The notes: generated by a model not told the origin, from the letters alone. A stretch of DNA of 33,611 nt from a bacterium (GCA_027364775.1 DAHXOS010000014.1:1-33611), one strand, 5' to 3'; positions 17,511 to 28,085 are shown, counted from the stretch's first letter. Translations and numbers: made by a program.

Positions 17511-17957
17511 ATGATATTTTTGGGTGCTGATCATAGAGGTTTTGAACTTAAAGAAAGAATTAGGAAACTTCTTTTGGATGAAGGTTATCAGATAACTGAT
17601 TTAGGAAATAAACAGCTTGATCCAGGTGATGACTATGTTATTTTTGCAGAAAAAGTTGCAGAAGCAGTAGTAAATGATCCTGCTAACAGAGGTATTTTAT
17701 TTTGTGGGTCTGGTGCAGGGGTTGATATTGTTGCTAATAAAATAGATGGCATCAGGTCTGCTTTAGTATTTGATTTGGCTAGAACAATCCAAGCTAGAGA
17801 ACATGAAGATGTAAACATAATTTCTTTACCTGCAGATACTTTAGAGGTAGAAAAAGCTTATGAAATGGTTAAAGCTTTTTTAAATACAAAGTTTAGTGGT
17901 GAGACAAGACATCTACGGAGGCTTGAGGAATTAAAGGAAGTAGAAGAGCATCACTAA
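17511..17957 (+). CDS. rpiB: Ribose-5-phosphate isomerase B
   Basis: GADHRG, DDYV, GILFCGSGAG, ANK, RHLRR. Confidence 0.95.
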   Translation: MIFLGADHRGFELKERIRKLLLDEGYQITDLGNKQLDPGDDYVIFAEKVAEAVVNDPANRGILFCGSGAGVDIVANKIDGIRSALVFDLARTIQAREHEDVNIISLPADTLEVEKAYEMVKAFLNTKFSGETRHLRRLEELKEVEEHH

Positions 17958-18616
17958 TGGTTACAATTATTCCAGCAATTTTAGCAACTACACCAGATCA
18001 ATTTAAAGCAGATTTAGAAAAGATAAACAGAAGCCCAAGTTTAGAGCAGGGTTGGTTACATTGTGATTTTGCAGATGGAGAATTTGTAAAAAATAAATCT
18101 GTGGGAGTTGAAGTATTTAACCAAAATAAAATATCTTTAAATCTTGAAGTCCATCTAATGGTTTTATCTCCAGATGAATGGTTTATAAAACTTCAACAAT
18201 TTAATATAAAACGGGTTATTGTGCATATTGAAGTTGATAGTCAAAGATTACAAAATACCATTAAAGCTTGTAAAGACTCCGGTGTGGAGTTAGGGTTAGC
18301 TATAAAAATGGAAACTTCCTTAGAAAAATTAGAACCATACTGGGATATAATAGATTTAGTACTGATAATGTCTATTGAGCCGGGATTTCAGGGGCAACCT
18401 TTTAAGGAAGGTGCATTAGAAAGGGTTAAAGAAGTTAAAAGATTAAGGGAGAAACAAGGATTTAAGTTTAAAATAGGAGTTGATGGTCATATTAATGATA
18501 GTAATATTAAGGAAGCGATAGAGGCAGGTGCAGATAACTTAGTAGTTGGTTCTTATTTATTAAATGGAGATATAGAAGAAAATGTTGAAAAACTTTGGGA
18601 AAAAATTAATTCATAA
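17957..18616 (+). CDS. rpe: Ribulose-phosphate 3-epimerase
   Basis: HCDFADG, EVHLM, MSIEPGFQGQ, VDG, LVVGS. Confidence 0.95.
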   Translation: MVTIIPAILATTPDQFKADLEKINRSPSLEQGWLHCDFADGEFVKNKSVGVEVFNQNKISLNLEVHLMVLSPDEWFIKLQQFNIKRVIVHIEVDSQRLQNTIKACKDSGVELGLAIKMETSLEKLEPYWDIIDLVLIMSIEPGFQGQPFKEGALERVKEVKRLREKQGFKFKIGVDGHINDSNIKEAIEAGADNLVVGSYLLNGDIEENVEKLWEKINS

Positions 18617-19238
18617 AGTTAAAAAATCTTCACATTTAATCCAAACAGTTGCTATTTTTGGTTATGCTAATGCCAAAGAGGGAGAAGCTTTATATAAAGA
18701 TGTGTTTGAAGTTACTAAAAAATTAGCTGAGCAAGGTTATACAGTAGTTGATGGTGGAGGGCCGGGGGTGATGCGAGCTGCAACTTTAGGAGCAAAAAAA
18801 GGAGGAGGAAAGGTAATTGGAGTGACGCTTTATCCTAAAGATATGAAGAATTTTGAAGGCCGGGATGCAAAAAATCTATTTGATGTTGAAATAAAAACTG
18901 ATACTTATGTTGAGCGGACACTAACTTTAATGAAACAGGGACAGGTGTATGTTATTTTCAAAGGTGGTACGGGAACAATCTCAGAATTTGGAATGGCTTG
19001 GGGTTTGGCCAGGTTATATTTTGGCCACCACAAACCGCTAATTTTATACGGGGATTTTTGGTATAAAATAATTGGCACATTCAAGGATCATATGCTGCTT
19101 CGTCCTGAGGAACTGAAAGTTTTTAAAATTGTTAATTCACCTAATGAAGTAATTTCAGCTATTAAAGAGTTTGAAAAAGAATATTTAAAAGGAGAGCATA
19201 AACATATTAAGCCTACTAAAAATGGCTTTAGACTTTGA
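18582..19238 (+). CDS. LOG-family nucleotide phosphoribohydrolase (start uncertain)
   Basis: GGGPGVM and GGTGTISE motifs. Confidence 0.88.
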   Translation: MLKNFGKKLIHKVKKSSHLIQTVAIFGYANAKEGEALYKDVFEVTKKLAEQGYTVVDGGGPGVMRAATLGAKKGGGKVIGVTLYPKDMKNFEGRDAKNLFDVEIKTDTYVERTLTLMKQGQVYVIFKGGTGTISEFGMAWGLARLYFGHHKPLILYGDFWYKIIGTFKDHMLLRPEELKVFKIVNSPNEVISAIKEFEKEYLKGEHKHIKPTKNGFRL

Positions 19239-19250
19239 TATACTTAATTT

Positions 19251-20108
19251 ATGACTCTTTCTGCTCAAGATGTTGAAAAACTTAAACTGACTGCTAATTC
19301 TATCAGAGAAGATATTATTAAAATGCTGCTTGAAGCAAAATCCGGGCATTCTGCAGGTCCTCTAGGTTTAGCGGATATTTTTACAGCACTTTATTTTAAT
19401 GTCCTTAAACACGACCCTAAAAACCCTAATTGGGAAGAAAGAGACAGATTGGTTCTATCGTGTGGACATACCTGTCCGGTTTTATATACTGTTATGGCTT
19501 ATGCCGGGTATTTTGATAAAACTGAGTTACTAACATTAAGGAAATTAGGTTCAAGGTTGCAGGGTCATCCTCACCGGACTGCTTTGCCCGGTTTAGAAAC
19601 TACCTCAGGTCCATTAGGGTCCGGTCTTTCTCAAGCTTCCGGTATGGCTTTGGTAGGAAAGACAGATCAAAAATCCTGGAGAGTTTATTGTGTGATGAGT
19701 GATGGGGAGCAAGATGAAGGAAATACATGGGAGGCGGTAATGTTTGCTGCCAAGTATAAATTAGATAATTTAACTGCAATTTTAGATAGAAACAATATTC
19801 AAATAGATGGACACACAGAAGATGTGATGCCGCTTGATTCATTAAAAGCTAAGTATGAAGCTTTTGGTTGGAATGCTATAGAAATTGATGGGCATGATTT
19901 TAATCAGATAATTGATGCTTACTCTCAGGCAAAAGAACTTAAAGGTAAACCCACTTTAATTTTAGCCAAGACTGTCCCTGGGAAGGGTGTGGATTTTATG
20001 GAAGGAAAATATGAGTGGCATGGTAAAACCCCAAATTCTGAGGAAGCTAAAAAGGCCTTATATGAACTTAGGACTTTGCAGGGAAAGATTAAGTCAGAAC
20101 ATGAATGA
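19251..20108 (+). CDS. tkt: Transketolase N-terminal subunit
   Basis: SGH, DRLVLSCGH, LQGHP, SDGEQDEG TPP-binding motif. Confidence 0.95.
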   Translation: MTLSAQDVEKLKLTANSIREDIIKMLLEAKSGHSAGPLGLADIFTALYFNVLKHDPKNPNWEERDRLVLSCGHTCPVLYTVMAYAGYFDKTELLTLRKLGSRLQGHPHRTALPGLETTSGPLGSGLSQASGMALVGKTDQKSWRVYCVMSDGEQDEGNTWEAVMFAAKYKLDNLTAILDRNNIQIDGHTEDVMPLDSLKAKYEAFGWNAIEIDGHDFNQIIDAYSQAKELKGKPTLILAKTVPGKGVDFMEGKYEWHGKTPNSEEAKKALYELRTLQGKIKSEHE

Positions 20109-21126
20109 TAAAAATTTAAATCCTAAACTGTTTGATCAAGATATTGAAAGAGTTCCATCCAGGGATGGTTTCGGTGAAGGACTGGTTTTAGCAGGGGAGC
20201 AGGATAAAAATGTAGTGGCCCTTTGTGCGGATTTAACTGAGTCAACCAGAATGCAGGAATTTAAAAATAAATTTATTGAAAGATTTTTTGAAGTAGGTGT
20301 AGCAGAGCAAAATTTAGTAACTACAGCTTCTGGTATGGCAGCTTGTGGCAAAATTGCTTTTACTGCATCTTATGCTACTTTTTCACCCGGGAGAAACTGG
20401 GAGCAAATCAGAACTACAATTTGTTATAACGATCAACCGGTCAAGATAGTAGGTGCCCACGCTGGAATCTCTGTAGGTCCTGATGGAGCAACTCACCAGG
20501 CCTTGGAAGATATTGCTTTAATGAGGGTGTTGCCAAATATGGTAGTGGTTGTTCCGGCAGATTCTATAGAGGCAAAAAAAGCTACATTGGCAATTGCTAA
20601 AAATAACAAACCAAGTTATATAAGATTATCCAGAGATAAAGTACCAACTATTACCACAGAAGAAACTCCATTTGAAATTAGCCGAGCTGAAGTTTTATGG
20701 GATCTTTCGGCTGCAGAATCATTTAGACATTCTTCATCAGGTCGCTTTGCAGACGTAACAGTTATAGCTTGTGGCCAGATAGTCTATCAGGCTTTGCTGG
20801 CTGCAAAAGAATTGGCTGAAAATAAAATCTCAGTTAGAGTAATTAATTGTCACACTATTAAACCAATTGATGTTAAAACTATAATCCAAGCTGCAGAGGA
20901 AACAGGAGCAATTGTGACTGCTGAGGAGCACCAGATTAATGGAGGATTGGGCTCAGCTGTTGCCGAAGTAGTTTCCGAGCATTTTCCAGTTCCGATTAAG
21001 ATGGTGGGAATTAAGGATCATTTTGGAGAGAGTGGAGAAGGAGGAGAGTTGCTTGAAAAATTTGGATTGACCAAAAAAGATATTATTAAAGCAATCACCC
21101 AAGTTATAAGAGTTAAAAATAAATAA
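20101..21126 (+). CDS. tkt: Transketolase C-terminal subunit
   Basis: VGVAEQN, GPDGATHQ, AEEHQINGGLG; ATG 20101 overlaps the upstream stop. Confidence 0.95.
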   Translation: MNDKNLNPKLFDQDIERVPSRDGFGEGLVLAGEQDKNVVALCADLTESTRMQEFKNKFIERFFEVGVAEQNLVTTASGMAACGKIAFTASYATFSPGRNWEQIRTTICYNDQPVKIVGAHAGISVGPDGATHQALEDIALMRVLPNMVVVVPADSIEAKKATLAIAKNNKPSYIRLSRDKVPTITTEETPFEISRAEVLWDLSAAESFRHSSSGRFADVTVIACGQIVYQALLAAKELAENKISVRVINCHTIKPIDVKTIIQAAEETGAIVTAEEHQINGGLGSAVAEVVSEHFPVPIKMVGIKDHFGESGEGGELLEKFGLTKKDIIKAITQVIRVKNK

Positions 21127-21127
21127 G

Positions 21128-21475
21128 CTAAATTGTTTGGCCTTCAATAATATCTACAGGGGCGTATTTTTTAAGAATCTCTAAGTTTTTAATATTGGCT
21201 TTAAATGCAAAATCGGCAATTTGGCCAACCACCGGAATAAAATCAAGTGAAAAATCTATTAAAACATTTTTGATCATTTGGACAATCTTATCTTGAGGTA
21301 GCTTCATATCTATAGCTATCCAGATAATATAAAAAGACAAAGCAGCTGCAAAAACATCACCGGCTATTGGAAAAAATCCAAGCAAGGGGTCTAGACCAAA
21401 ACGAAATTTCCCAACCCCATATTTATTATCTAGTAAATTTGCCAGGTATTCTGCAGTTTTTAAATGAGAATTCAT
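21128..21475 (-). CDS. DUF4112-family membrane protein
   Basis: RFGLDPLLGFFPIAGD and IPVVG..D..FKAN..N. Confidence 0.85.
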   Translation of the reverse strand: MNSHLKTAEYLANLLDNKYGVGKFRFGLDPLLGFFPIAGDVFAAALSFYIIWIAIDMKLPQDKIVQMIKNVLIDFSLDFIPVVGQIADFAFKANIKNLEILKKYAPVDIIEGQTI

Positions 21476-21533
21476 GCTAACTATTCTAAGAGAAGACTAT
21501 TAGAAAGTGGTAAGTTTAGGTTAATATATTAGT

Positions 21534-21683
21534 ATGGGTTGTGGAGGAGTTTGTGCAACGCTTGCCAGTATAGAAGTTATTTTTAGCCTGATTGGTTATA
21601 TGACTCTTTTTCTTTTTACTTTTTTAATTTCGGTTTTAAGTTATCTATGGAATTTTTTATTAATCCGTCTTTACAAAAAATAA
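21534..21683 (+). CDS. Unannotated 49-aa membrane microprotein
   Basis: MGCGGVCATLASIEVIFSLIGYMTLFLFTFLISVLSYLWNFLLIRLYKK*, translated by hand. Confidence 0.5.
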   Translation: MGCGGVCATLASIEVIFSLIGYMTLFLFTFLISVLSYLWNFLLIRLYKK

Positions 21684-21808
21684 CTTAACAGATAAAGACG
21701 TAACTTATTTTAAATATCATAAAGCTGTTTATTCCAGTACCCCGCGTTTAGAATGGTCTTTAAACTTCGAGTCTTCCACCAACTTCTAATTTAGGTTACT
21801 ATTTAATA

Positions 21809-22801
21809 ATGTTTGATTTAATTTCCATTGGTGATTGTGTAATTGACACTTTTATTCCCTTAATTGATGCTGAAATAATTCAAAAAGAGAATACTGATAC
21901 ATCTCTGCTTGCAATGAGATATGGGGACAAAATTCCAGTAGAACCGTCTATTTCGATGGTTGCAGGTAACGCTGCCAACAATGCAGTTGGGGCAGCACGT
22001 TTAGGGCTAAAAACCGCAATTTATACTAATGTTGGGAATAAAGATGATGATGAAGCCGACAACCGTATTATGGCTAAGTTTAAAAAAGAAAAAATAGATA
22101 CCCGCTATGTTATAGAAAATGCTGATTTACCTTCCAATCATCATGTAGTTTTAAACTTTAAAGGAGAGAGGACTATATTAATTTATCATCAGCCATGGAA
22201 ATTTAACTTACCAGATCTTGACCGGTCAAAGTGGGTATATTTAACTTCCCTATCCCCTTCTTATGTAGATTCAAATTTGGTAGAGCAAATTATTAATTAT
22301 GTTGAAAGGACTAGTACAAAATTAATGTATCAACCGGGAACTTTTCAACTGAAACAAGGGTTAAAAAAGAATGCAAAATTAATTGCTTTATCAGAAGTAT
22401 TTATTTTAAATTTACAGGAAGCTAGGTTGCTAATTGATGGTGATCTAGGATCTAATACTAGTGCTAAGAAGTTATTAAAAGATATACTGAATTTGGGACC
22501 AAAAAAAGTTGTGATTACTGATGGTGGGAATGGGTCATATGGCGCAGATAATCTGGGATTTTACAAATTAGGTTTATTCCCTGCTAAGTTGCTAGAGATG
22601 ACAGGTTCAGGGGATGCTTATGCAACCGGTTTATTAGCCGGGCTATTTCATGGTGAAGAGTTAAAGGAATCAATGAGGTGGGGAGCTGCTAATGGAGCAT
22701 CTGTTGTTGAGCAAATTGGACCTCAAGCAGGTTTACTAACTTTTGAAAAAATGAAAACAGTCTTAAAGTCTTATAATGATATAATAGCAAAGGATATATA
22801 A
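21809..22801 (+). CDS. PfkB-family carbohydrate kinase
   Basis: AGNAANNA, VITDGGNG, MTGSGDAY. Confidence 0.93.
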   Translation: MFDLISIGDCVIDTFIPLIDAEIIQKENTDTSLLAMRYGDKIPVEPSISMVAGNAANNAVGAARLGLKTAIYTNVGNKDDDEADNRIMAKFKKEKIDTRYVIENADLPSNHHVVLNFKGERTILIYHQPWKFNLPDLDRSKWVYLTSLSPSYVDSNLVEQIINYVERTSTKLMYQPGTFQLKQGLKKNAKLIALSEVFILNLQEARLLIDGDLGSNTSAKKLLKDILNLGPKKVVITDGGNGSYGADNLGFYKLGLFPAKLLEMTGSGDAYATGLLAGLFHGEELKESMRWGAANGASVVEQIGPQAGLLTFEKMKTVLKSYNDIIAKDI

Positions 22802-23665
22802 ATGACTGCCAAAGAATGGTTAGAAAAAGCAAAAAATGAAAAATGGGCAATTGGTGCTTTTAATGTAGGTAATTTAGAAACACTAAAGGCAATTGTCCAA
22901 GCTGCAGCCAATAAAAAATCTCCGATAATCATTGAATCTTCTTCCGGTGAAACAGAATGGATGGGGGCAGATAATATAGTGAGTTTAGCTAGGAATTTTT
23001 CTCAAGACTTTGGAATACCAATTTTAGTTAATTTAGATCATGCTGAAAATCTAGAGGAGTGTGAGATTGGAATATTAGCAGGATATGATTTAATTCATTT
23101 TGACGGTTCCAAGCTACCTCTGGATCTGAATTTGGCAATTTTAAAGCAGGTTGTAGAAAAAGCTCATGCTAAAGGTTTAACAGTAGAGGGAGAAATGGAT
23201 CATATTCAGGGATCATCTGAGGTACATGAAGGATCGGCAGAAGAAGAAGCATCAAAAGGAAAATTTACAAATCCGGAAGCAGCTAAAAAATTTGTGGAAA
23301 ATTCTGGAATAGATATTTTTGCTTCTTTTTTTGGCAATGTTCATGGGGTTTTTTCCGGCAGAGATGAAAATTTAGATATAGATATTTTAGATCAAATTGT
23401 TGCTCAAATCCCTCTTACTTATTTGTCGCTTCACGGAGGATCCGGAATTCCTGATGATCAAGTACAACAAGCTATTCAAAGAGGAGTTGTGAAAGTTAAT
23501 GTTAATACCGAAATAAGGCAGGCCTTTAAAGACTCATTAGAAAAAGTTTTAGCCGAACATCCTGAAGAGTATGCAATGTATAAGATTGAAAAACCACTTT
23601 TAGAGGCTGTACAAAAAATAGTTGAACATAAGATTGAAGTTTTTGGATCTTCAGGAAAAGTTTAA
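22802..23665 (+). CDS. fba: Class II fructose-bisphosphate aldolase
   Basis: GAFN, NLDH, FDGS, GNVHG, LHGGSG, KVNVNT. Confidence 0.93.
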   Translation: MTAKEWLEKAKNEKWAIGAFNVGNLETLKAIVQAAANKKSPIIIESSSGETEWMGADNIVSLARNFSQDFGIPILVNLDHAENLEECEIGILAGYDLIHFDGSKLPLDLNLAILKQVVEKAHAKGLTVEGEMDHIQGSSEVHEGSAEEEASKGKFTNPEAAKKFVENSGIDIFASFFGNVHGVFSGRDENLDIDILDQIVAQIPLTYLSLHGGSGIPDDQVQQAIQRGVVKVNVNTEIRQAFKDSLEKVLAEHPEEYAMYKIEKPLLEAVQKIVEHKIEVFGSSGKV

Positions 23666-23686
23666 TTTTAATAGTTACAACCTTCT

Positions 23687-25330
23687 TTATGAGGAAGTTA
23701 CTGTGTGTTTATTAGCATACTCAAAGGTGGCTTCAACTTTTTTATGGGGATTAAAGATACCTTCTTTATCAAAAATTTCTTTTACCTGCTTAAATAAAGA
23801 TACAATATTTTTGCCGTACATCATTTCCAGATATGGTCCCCTGATTAGTCCATCGTTATGTTCTGCCGACATCGAACCTTTATATTCAAAAACTAACTCA
23901 TAAACTTTTCGCGGGAGTTCGGAAATTATTTGAGTATGCCGTTTATCATTAAAGTTCATTAGTGGAATGATATGAAAATTTCCGTTTCCAATATGTCCTG
24001 CAATTGTATAAACTATGTCTTTTTTGTATGGTTCCATTAATTTCTGTAATTTTGGTAAAAATTCAGGTAGAGTTTGGGGGGGGACGATAATATCATCCAT
24101 GATTGGAGCGGTACGTCTGCCTTTAGTCGCATGGTGTCTAAATAGATTAAAACTTTCCCTTCTAATTACCCAATACTTCTTAACATCATCTTTATCTCGA
24201 GTTAAACGGCTTTGCAAATGATAAGATTTAATTGACTCTTGTGCAGATCCAGCCTTTTTATACACTTCCTCAGGTGAATCACCGGTAAATTCAGCCATTA
24301 AAATTAATTTAGGAAAACCGTATCTTATGATCATCAAAGCTTCGGGGATAAAGTTAATAAGTAGCTTAATAATACTATGAGGCTTTATAATCTTTAAAAC
24401 TTCAGTCCAAAATTTGGCTGCAAACTTAACTGTTTGATCATCATAAGATTCAAAACTTTCCGGTTTATATTCTAAAACTTTATTGACAACATTACCCAAA
24501 TTATCAAGGTTATATAAAAAGATAACTAATAATTGGGAGAATTTTTTTGGAGTAACTAATTTAAATTCTATTTCCGTAATTACACCTAACGTCCCCTGAG
24601 AACCAATAATTAATTTTGTAAGATCAAAAGTCTCACCATCCCAGACCTTCCATAGTAAGTAACCGGTAGAGTTTTTGGTTACTTTTGGTTCAGCTTCTTT
24701 TATTAACTTATCGTTTTTACTGACAAGTTCAAAAATTTGTTTATACAACCTTCCTTCAAAATCATTTTGTGCTATTTTTTTATTAAGCTCAGCTTTATTC
24801 AAAGGTTTAATTAAATATTCATTTCCATCTGCGAGTATTGCTTTAAGCTGTTTAACATAGTTTTCAGTTTGACCAAAAGAAAGTGTTTTTTCTCCAGCAG
24901 AATTATTGCCAACCATTCCACCTACTGTATTTAATTCCCGGGAAGCAGGATAACAAGGAAGTAGCAAATCATGCTTTAGAGTTTCAACTTCAAAATCCCT
25001 ATAAAACATTCCTGGTTGGACTATAGCAGAATCTTTGTCTATAGAAATTAGTTGGTTAATATGCTTTGTCATATCTAAAATTATCCCCTCACCAATTGCT
25101 GCCCCTGACATATCTGTTCCAGCAGATCTGGGAGTAATCGATAGCTTAAGTTCTGGATGCTCATTAATATATTTCACCACTGCTTTAATATCTTCAGAAT
25201 CTTTTGGAACTACAATAATTTTTGGAGTGATTTCAAAAATCGAGGCGTCTTTGCTATATGTTTTTAAGGATGCTGGATCATCAATAACTTTACCCTTAAC
25301 TATTTTTTGCAGGTTATCTTTTAATTCCAT
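23687..25330 (-). CDS. FAD-binding oxidoreductase (D-lactate dehydrogenase/GlcD-like)
   Basis: AGTDMSG, GSQGTLG, GHIGNGNFH, SAEHNDG, FNPHK. Confidence 0.9.
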   Translation of the reverse strand: MELKDNLQKIVKGKVIDDPASLKTYSKDASIFEITPKIIVVPKDSEDIKAVVKYINEHPELKLSITPRSAGTDMSGAAIGEGIILDMTKHINQLISIDKDSAIVQPGMFYRDFEVETLKHDLLLPCYPASRELNTVGGMVGNNSAGEKTLSFGQTENYVKQLKAILADGNEYLIKPLNKAELNKKIAQNDFEGRLYKQIFELVSKNDKLIKEAEPKVTKNSTGYLLWKVWDGETFDLTKLIIGSQGTLGVITEIEFKLVTPKKFSQLLVIFLYNLDNLGNVVNKVLEYKPESFESYDDQTVKFAAKFWTEVLKIIKPHSIIKLLINFIPEALMIIRYGFPKLILMAEFTGDSPEEVYKKAGSAQESIKSYHLQSRLTRDKDDVKKYWVIRRESFNLFRHHATKGRRTAPIMDDIIVPPQTLPEFLPKLQKLMEPYKKDIVYTIAGHIGNGNFHIIPLMNFNDKRHTQIISELPRKVYELVFEYKGSMSAEHNDGLIRGPYLEMMYGKNIVSLFKQVKEIFDKEGIFNPHKKVEATFEYANKHTVTSS

Positions 25331-25479
25331 TTGGTTAGTTAAAATTATTGTATCAGTAGATGCTACAAACAGCAAAGCCCTTATTATTTAGTCTACAAAG
25401 GATAATTAGAAAAATAGGCAGGATACATAAGATAAATTGATTGTTGGTTGTGGTAAGATAGTATGTCAAGGGATATTTT

Positions 25480-26565
25480 ATGCATTGGTTTTTAAAGTTA
25501 CTGTTGGGTTTAGTAGTTATAATTTTTCTCTATCTTTTTATCTTTTACAGTATCCCCCGGTTATTACCAACAGAATATATAAAAAACAGTTCTATTTCCG
25601 GAATAATCTTTCAAAATCAAATATGGGAAGGAACAATACGGATAAAGGGAGATCTGTGGTATTTAAAAGGCGCTTCCGTTACCGTCAGACCTGGAACACA
25701 AATAATTGTCAGTAAAAGCGGAGATAATTTTAATTTAGATATTTTACCGTGGCATAATAAAAATGGAATTAATATCGGGCCAGAATATAACGGAGTTCAT
25801 ACCGGTGAGCCCTTTTGGGATGAAAGCCAAAAAATTCAAATCCACTTTGCTTCTTTAAATATATTAGGGATAAAAGAACAACCTGTTGTTTTAAAATCTG
25901 ACTCGGATTTGGGAAGCCCTTACGATTTTAATTCTATTACAGCCGATTCTGGAGTAATCTCTTATCTTAAAGCTTCAAATTATCGCCGTTTTGAATTGGG
26001 AGACGATTTTATAGTTCGCGATAGTTATTTTACAAATGTTGGCGAGTGTGCAATTTGTTTAAATCAAGGCAGACAAACAATTATTAATAATACTTTTAGC
26101 CAATCTTTAAGAGAATATATTTGGATTAATGGGGCAAGTCCCAGAATTACTGATAATTTCTTTATGAAATCAACAGGAGCAGGAATCAGAATAAACCCAA
26201 ATAGAATAGGTACAGCAATTGTTTCTTATAATAATTTTGAAATGCCACAATCAAAAGCGGTTGATATTTTGTCTGGTGAAGAACTAGAAGGGGGAGTAAT
26301 TTCGTACAACGTTTTTGCAGGAGGTAGCAAAATTAAATTAACTTGTGATACAAAGATTAAATTTATTCAAAACAGTATATTGGGTAATATCCAATTTACT
26401 GAGCCTGGGTGTGCTAAAATTTATACTTTTGGGCCTAATTATTGGGGAACTGACAAAAAAGATACTGTATTAGCAGAGAAATTTATTGGTCAAAATAAAA
26501 TTTTTACTATTGATATTCCAATGATTTTAAAATCACCTCCTATTCAAGTAGGTAGAAGGATTTGA
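25480..26565 (+). CDS. Membrane-anchored right-handed beta-helix protein
   Basis: N-terminal TM segment, repeated I.NN.F units, NYWG. Confidence 0.7.
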   Translation: MHWFLKLLLGLVVIIFLYLFIFYSIPRLLPTEYIKNSSISGIIFQNQIWEGTIRIKGDLWYLKGASVTVRPGTQIIVSKSGDNFNLDILPWHNKNGINIGPEYNGVHTGEPFWDESQKIQIHFASLNILGIKEQPVVLKSDSDLGSPYDFNSITADSGVISYLKASNYRRFELGDDFIVRDSYFTNVGECAICLNQGRQTIINNTFSQSLREYIWINGASPRITDNFFMKSTGAGIRINPNRIGTAIVSYNNFEMPQSKAVDILSGEELEGGVISYNVFAGGSKIKLTCDTKIKFIQNSILGNIQFTEPGCAKIYTFGPNYWGTDKKDTVLAEKFIGQNKIFTIDIPMILKSPPIQVGRRI

Positions 26566-27503
26566 TGTCTCGTTTTTCGCTAACTTATTTATTGTTGTTA
26601 TTATTATCTTTGTGTTTTTTGATTATTTTAGCAACTTATTATTTTTACAATTCTAAATCCAGTAAGTTAGTATCACCAATAGATAAATTAAATCAGATAA
26701 ATTTTTCCAATAATCAGTGGTTTCCAAAGACATTTGCCAATACAAATAATGATAAAGATCTAAGCCAGCTTACGGCTAAATCAGCTTTTTTTGTAGAGAC
26801 CCAAAGTGGCAAAATTCTTTATCAAAAAAATCAAAACGAAAAGCTTCCTATTGCTTCTTTAACTAAAATAATGACTGTCATAATAGCTATGGAAAACTCT
26901 AAAATGAATAGTACTTTTGTTGTTTCCAAAAGGGCTGCACAAATGGAGCCTGACAAGATGTTGCTTATTCCGGGTGAAAAATTAACTACCGAAGAGTTAC
27001 TTGATGGAATATTCTTAATTTCTGCCAATGATGCAGCAGAAGTTTTTGCTGAGAATATTGGCAAAAATAGGGATGAATTTATAAACTCAATGAATGCAAA
27101 AACTAAGCTACTAGGGATGAAAGACACACTTTTTATAAACCCAACAGGGTTAGAAGAAGATAACAAGCAGCAATATTCTACGGCTTATGATGTTGCGTTG
27201 ATGGCAAGGTTTGCTATAAATCAATGGCCTGAGTTGTTAAAAATTTCATCACAACCTCGTATTTTTCTACCTCAAGATGAGAACCATCAAGATTATGATA
27301 TGAATTCAGGTATTAATTTACTAACTACCTATCCAGGTGTTGTTGGTTTTAAAACCGGTTTTACTCCACAAGCCGGATTAACTTTAGTTACAGTAGCTAG
27401 AAAAGGTAATAAGCAGGTCTTAGGTGTTATATTAGGATCTACCAACAGAAGAGATGACGCCAAAACATTATTAGATTACTCATTTAAACAATTAGGTCTT
27501 TAA
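26565..27503 (+). CDS. dac: D-alanyl-D-alanine carboxypeptidase (peptidase S11)
   Basis: SLTK (SxxK), SAN, KTG. Confidence 0.95.
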   Translation: MSRFSLTYLLLLLLSLCFLIILATYYFYNSKSSKLVSPIDKLNQINFSNNQWFPKTFANTNNDKDLSQLTAKSAFFVETQSGKILYQKNQNEKLPIASLTKIMTVIIAMENSKMNSTFVVSKRAAQMEPDKMLLIPGEKLTTEELLDGIFLISANDAAEVFAENIGKNRDEFINSMNAKTKLLGMKDTLFINPTGLEEDNKQQYSTAYDVALMARFAINQWPELLKISSQPRIFLPQDENHQDYDMNSGINLLTTYPGVVGFKTGFTPQAGLTLVTVARKGNKQVLGVILGSTNRRDDAKTLLDYSFKQLGL

Positions 27504-27504
27504 T

Positions 27505-28050
27505 ATGTTATTTATTTTCTATTTAATCATAGTAATTGTAGGATTTTTAGTACCGGTGTTGTTAGGAATATACACTGTTTATCAATTCTTGGCAGAATAT
27601 AAAGGTGCACCCTATGTTCCTACTTCAGCTAAGATAGTTAATGAAATCTTAAAAGAGGCAAATCTTAAAAAAGGTCAAATTTTTTTAGAGCTTGGATCTG
27701 GGGATGGAAGGATAGTTCGATCCGCTGTTAAAAATTATCAGGTTAAAGGATCTGCTGTAGAAATTAATCTGATTTTACTAATTTATTCAAAAATAATCTC
27801 TAAATTTCAAAAACTAAATATCAATTTTAAAAATGCTGATTTTTTTAAAATTAGCTTTAAAAGAACAGACGTTTTATTTATCTTTTTGCTTCCTAAAACA
27901 TTAAAAAAACTATCTCCAAAAATATTAAAAGAATGCAAAAAAGGATGTTTAATTATCTCTCATGGATTTAAAATAGAGGGGTTAAGTAAATATCAAATTA
28001 AAGTGATAGAGAGAAAATATTTCCCCACTTATTATTATAAAATTAGGTAA
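27505..28050 (+). CDS. Membrane-anchored class I SAM methyltransferase
   Basis: TM segment, APYVPT, ELGSGDGR. Confidence 0.88.
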   Translation: MLFIFYLIIVIVGFLVPVLLGIYTVYQFLAEYKGAPYVPTSAKIVNEILKEANLKKGQIFLELGSGDGRIVRSAVKNYQVKGSAVEINLILLIYSKIISKFQKLNINFKNADFFKISFKRTDVLFIFLLPKTLKKLSPKILKECKKGCLIISHGFKIEGLSKYQIKVIERKYFPTYYYKIR

Positions 28051-28085
28051 TATTAACATCCTAAAATAGGTGTTATACTGAAAAT

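Noticed and set aside
19987..20100. N-terminal extension of the transketolase C subunit
   Set aside because: It overlaps the N subunit; ATG 20101 gives the usual coupled start.
21720..21790. Slightly GC-richer patch upstream of pfkB as a riboswitch or tRNA remnant
   Set aside because: No cloverleaf or known aptamer consensus found.
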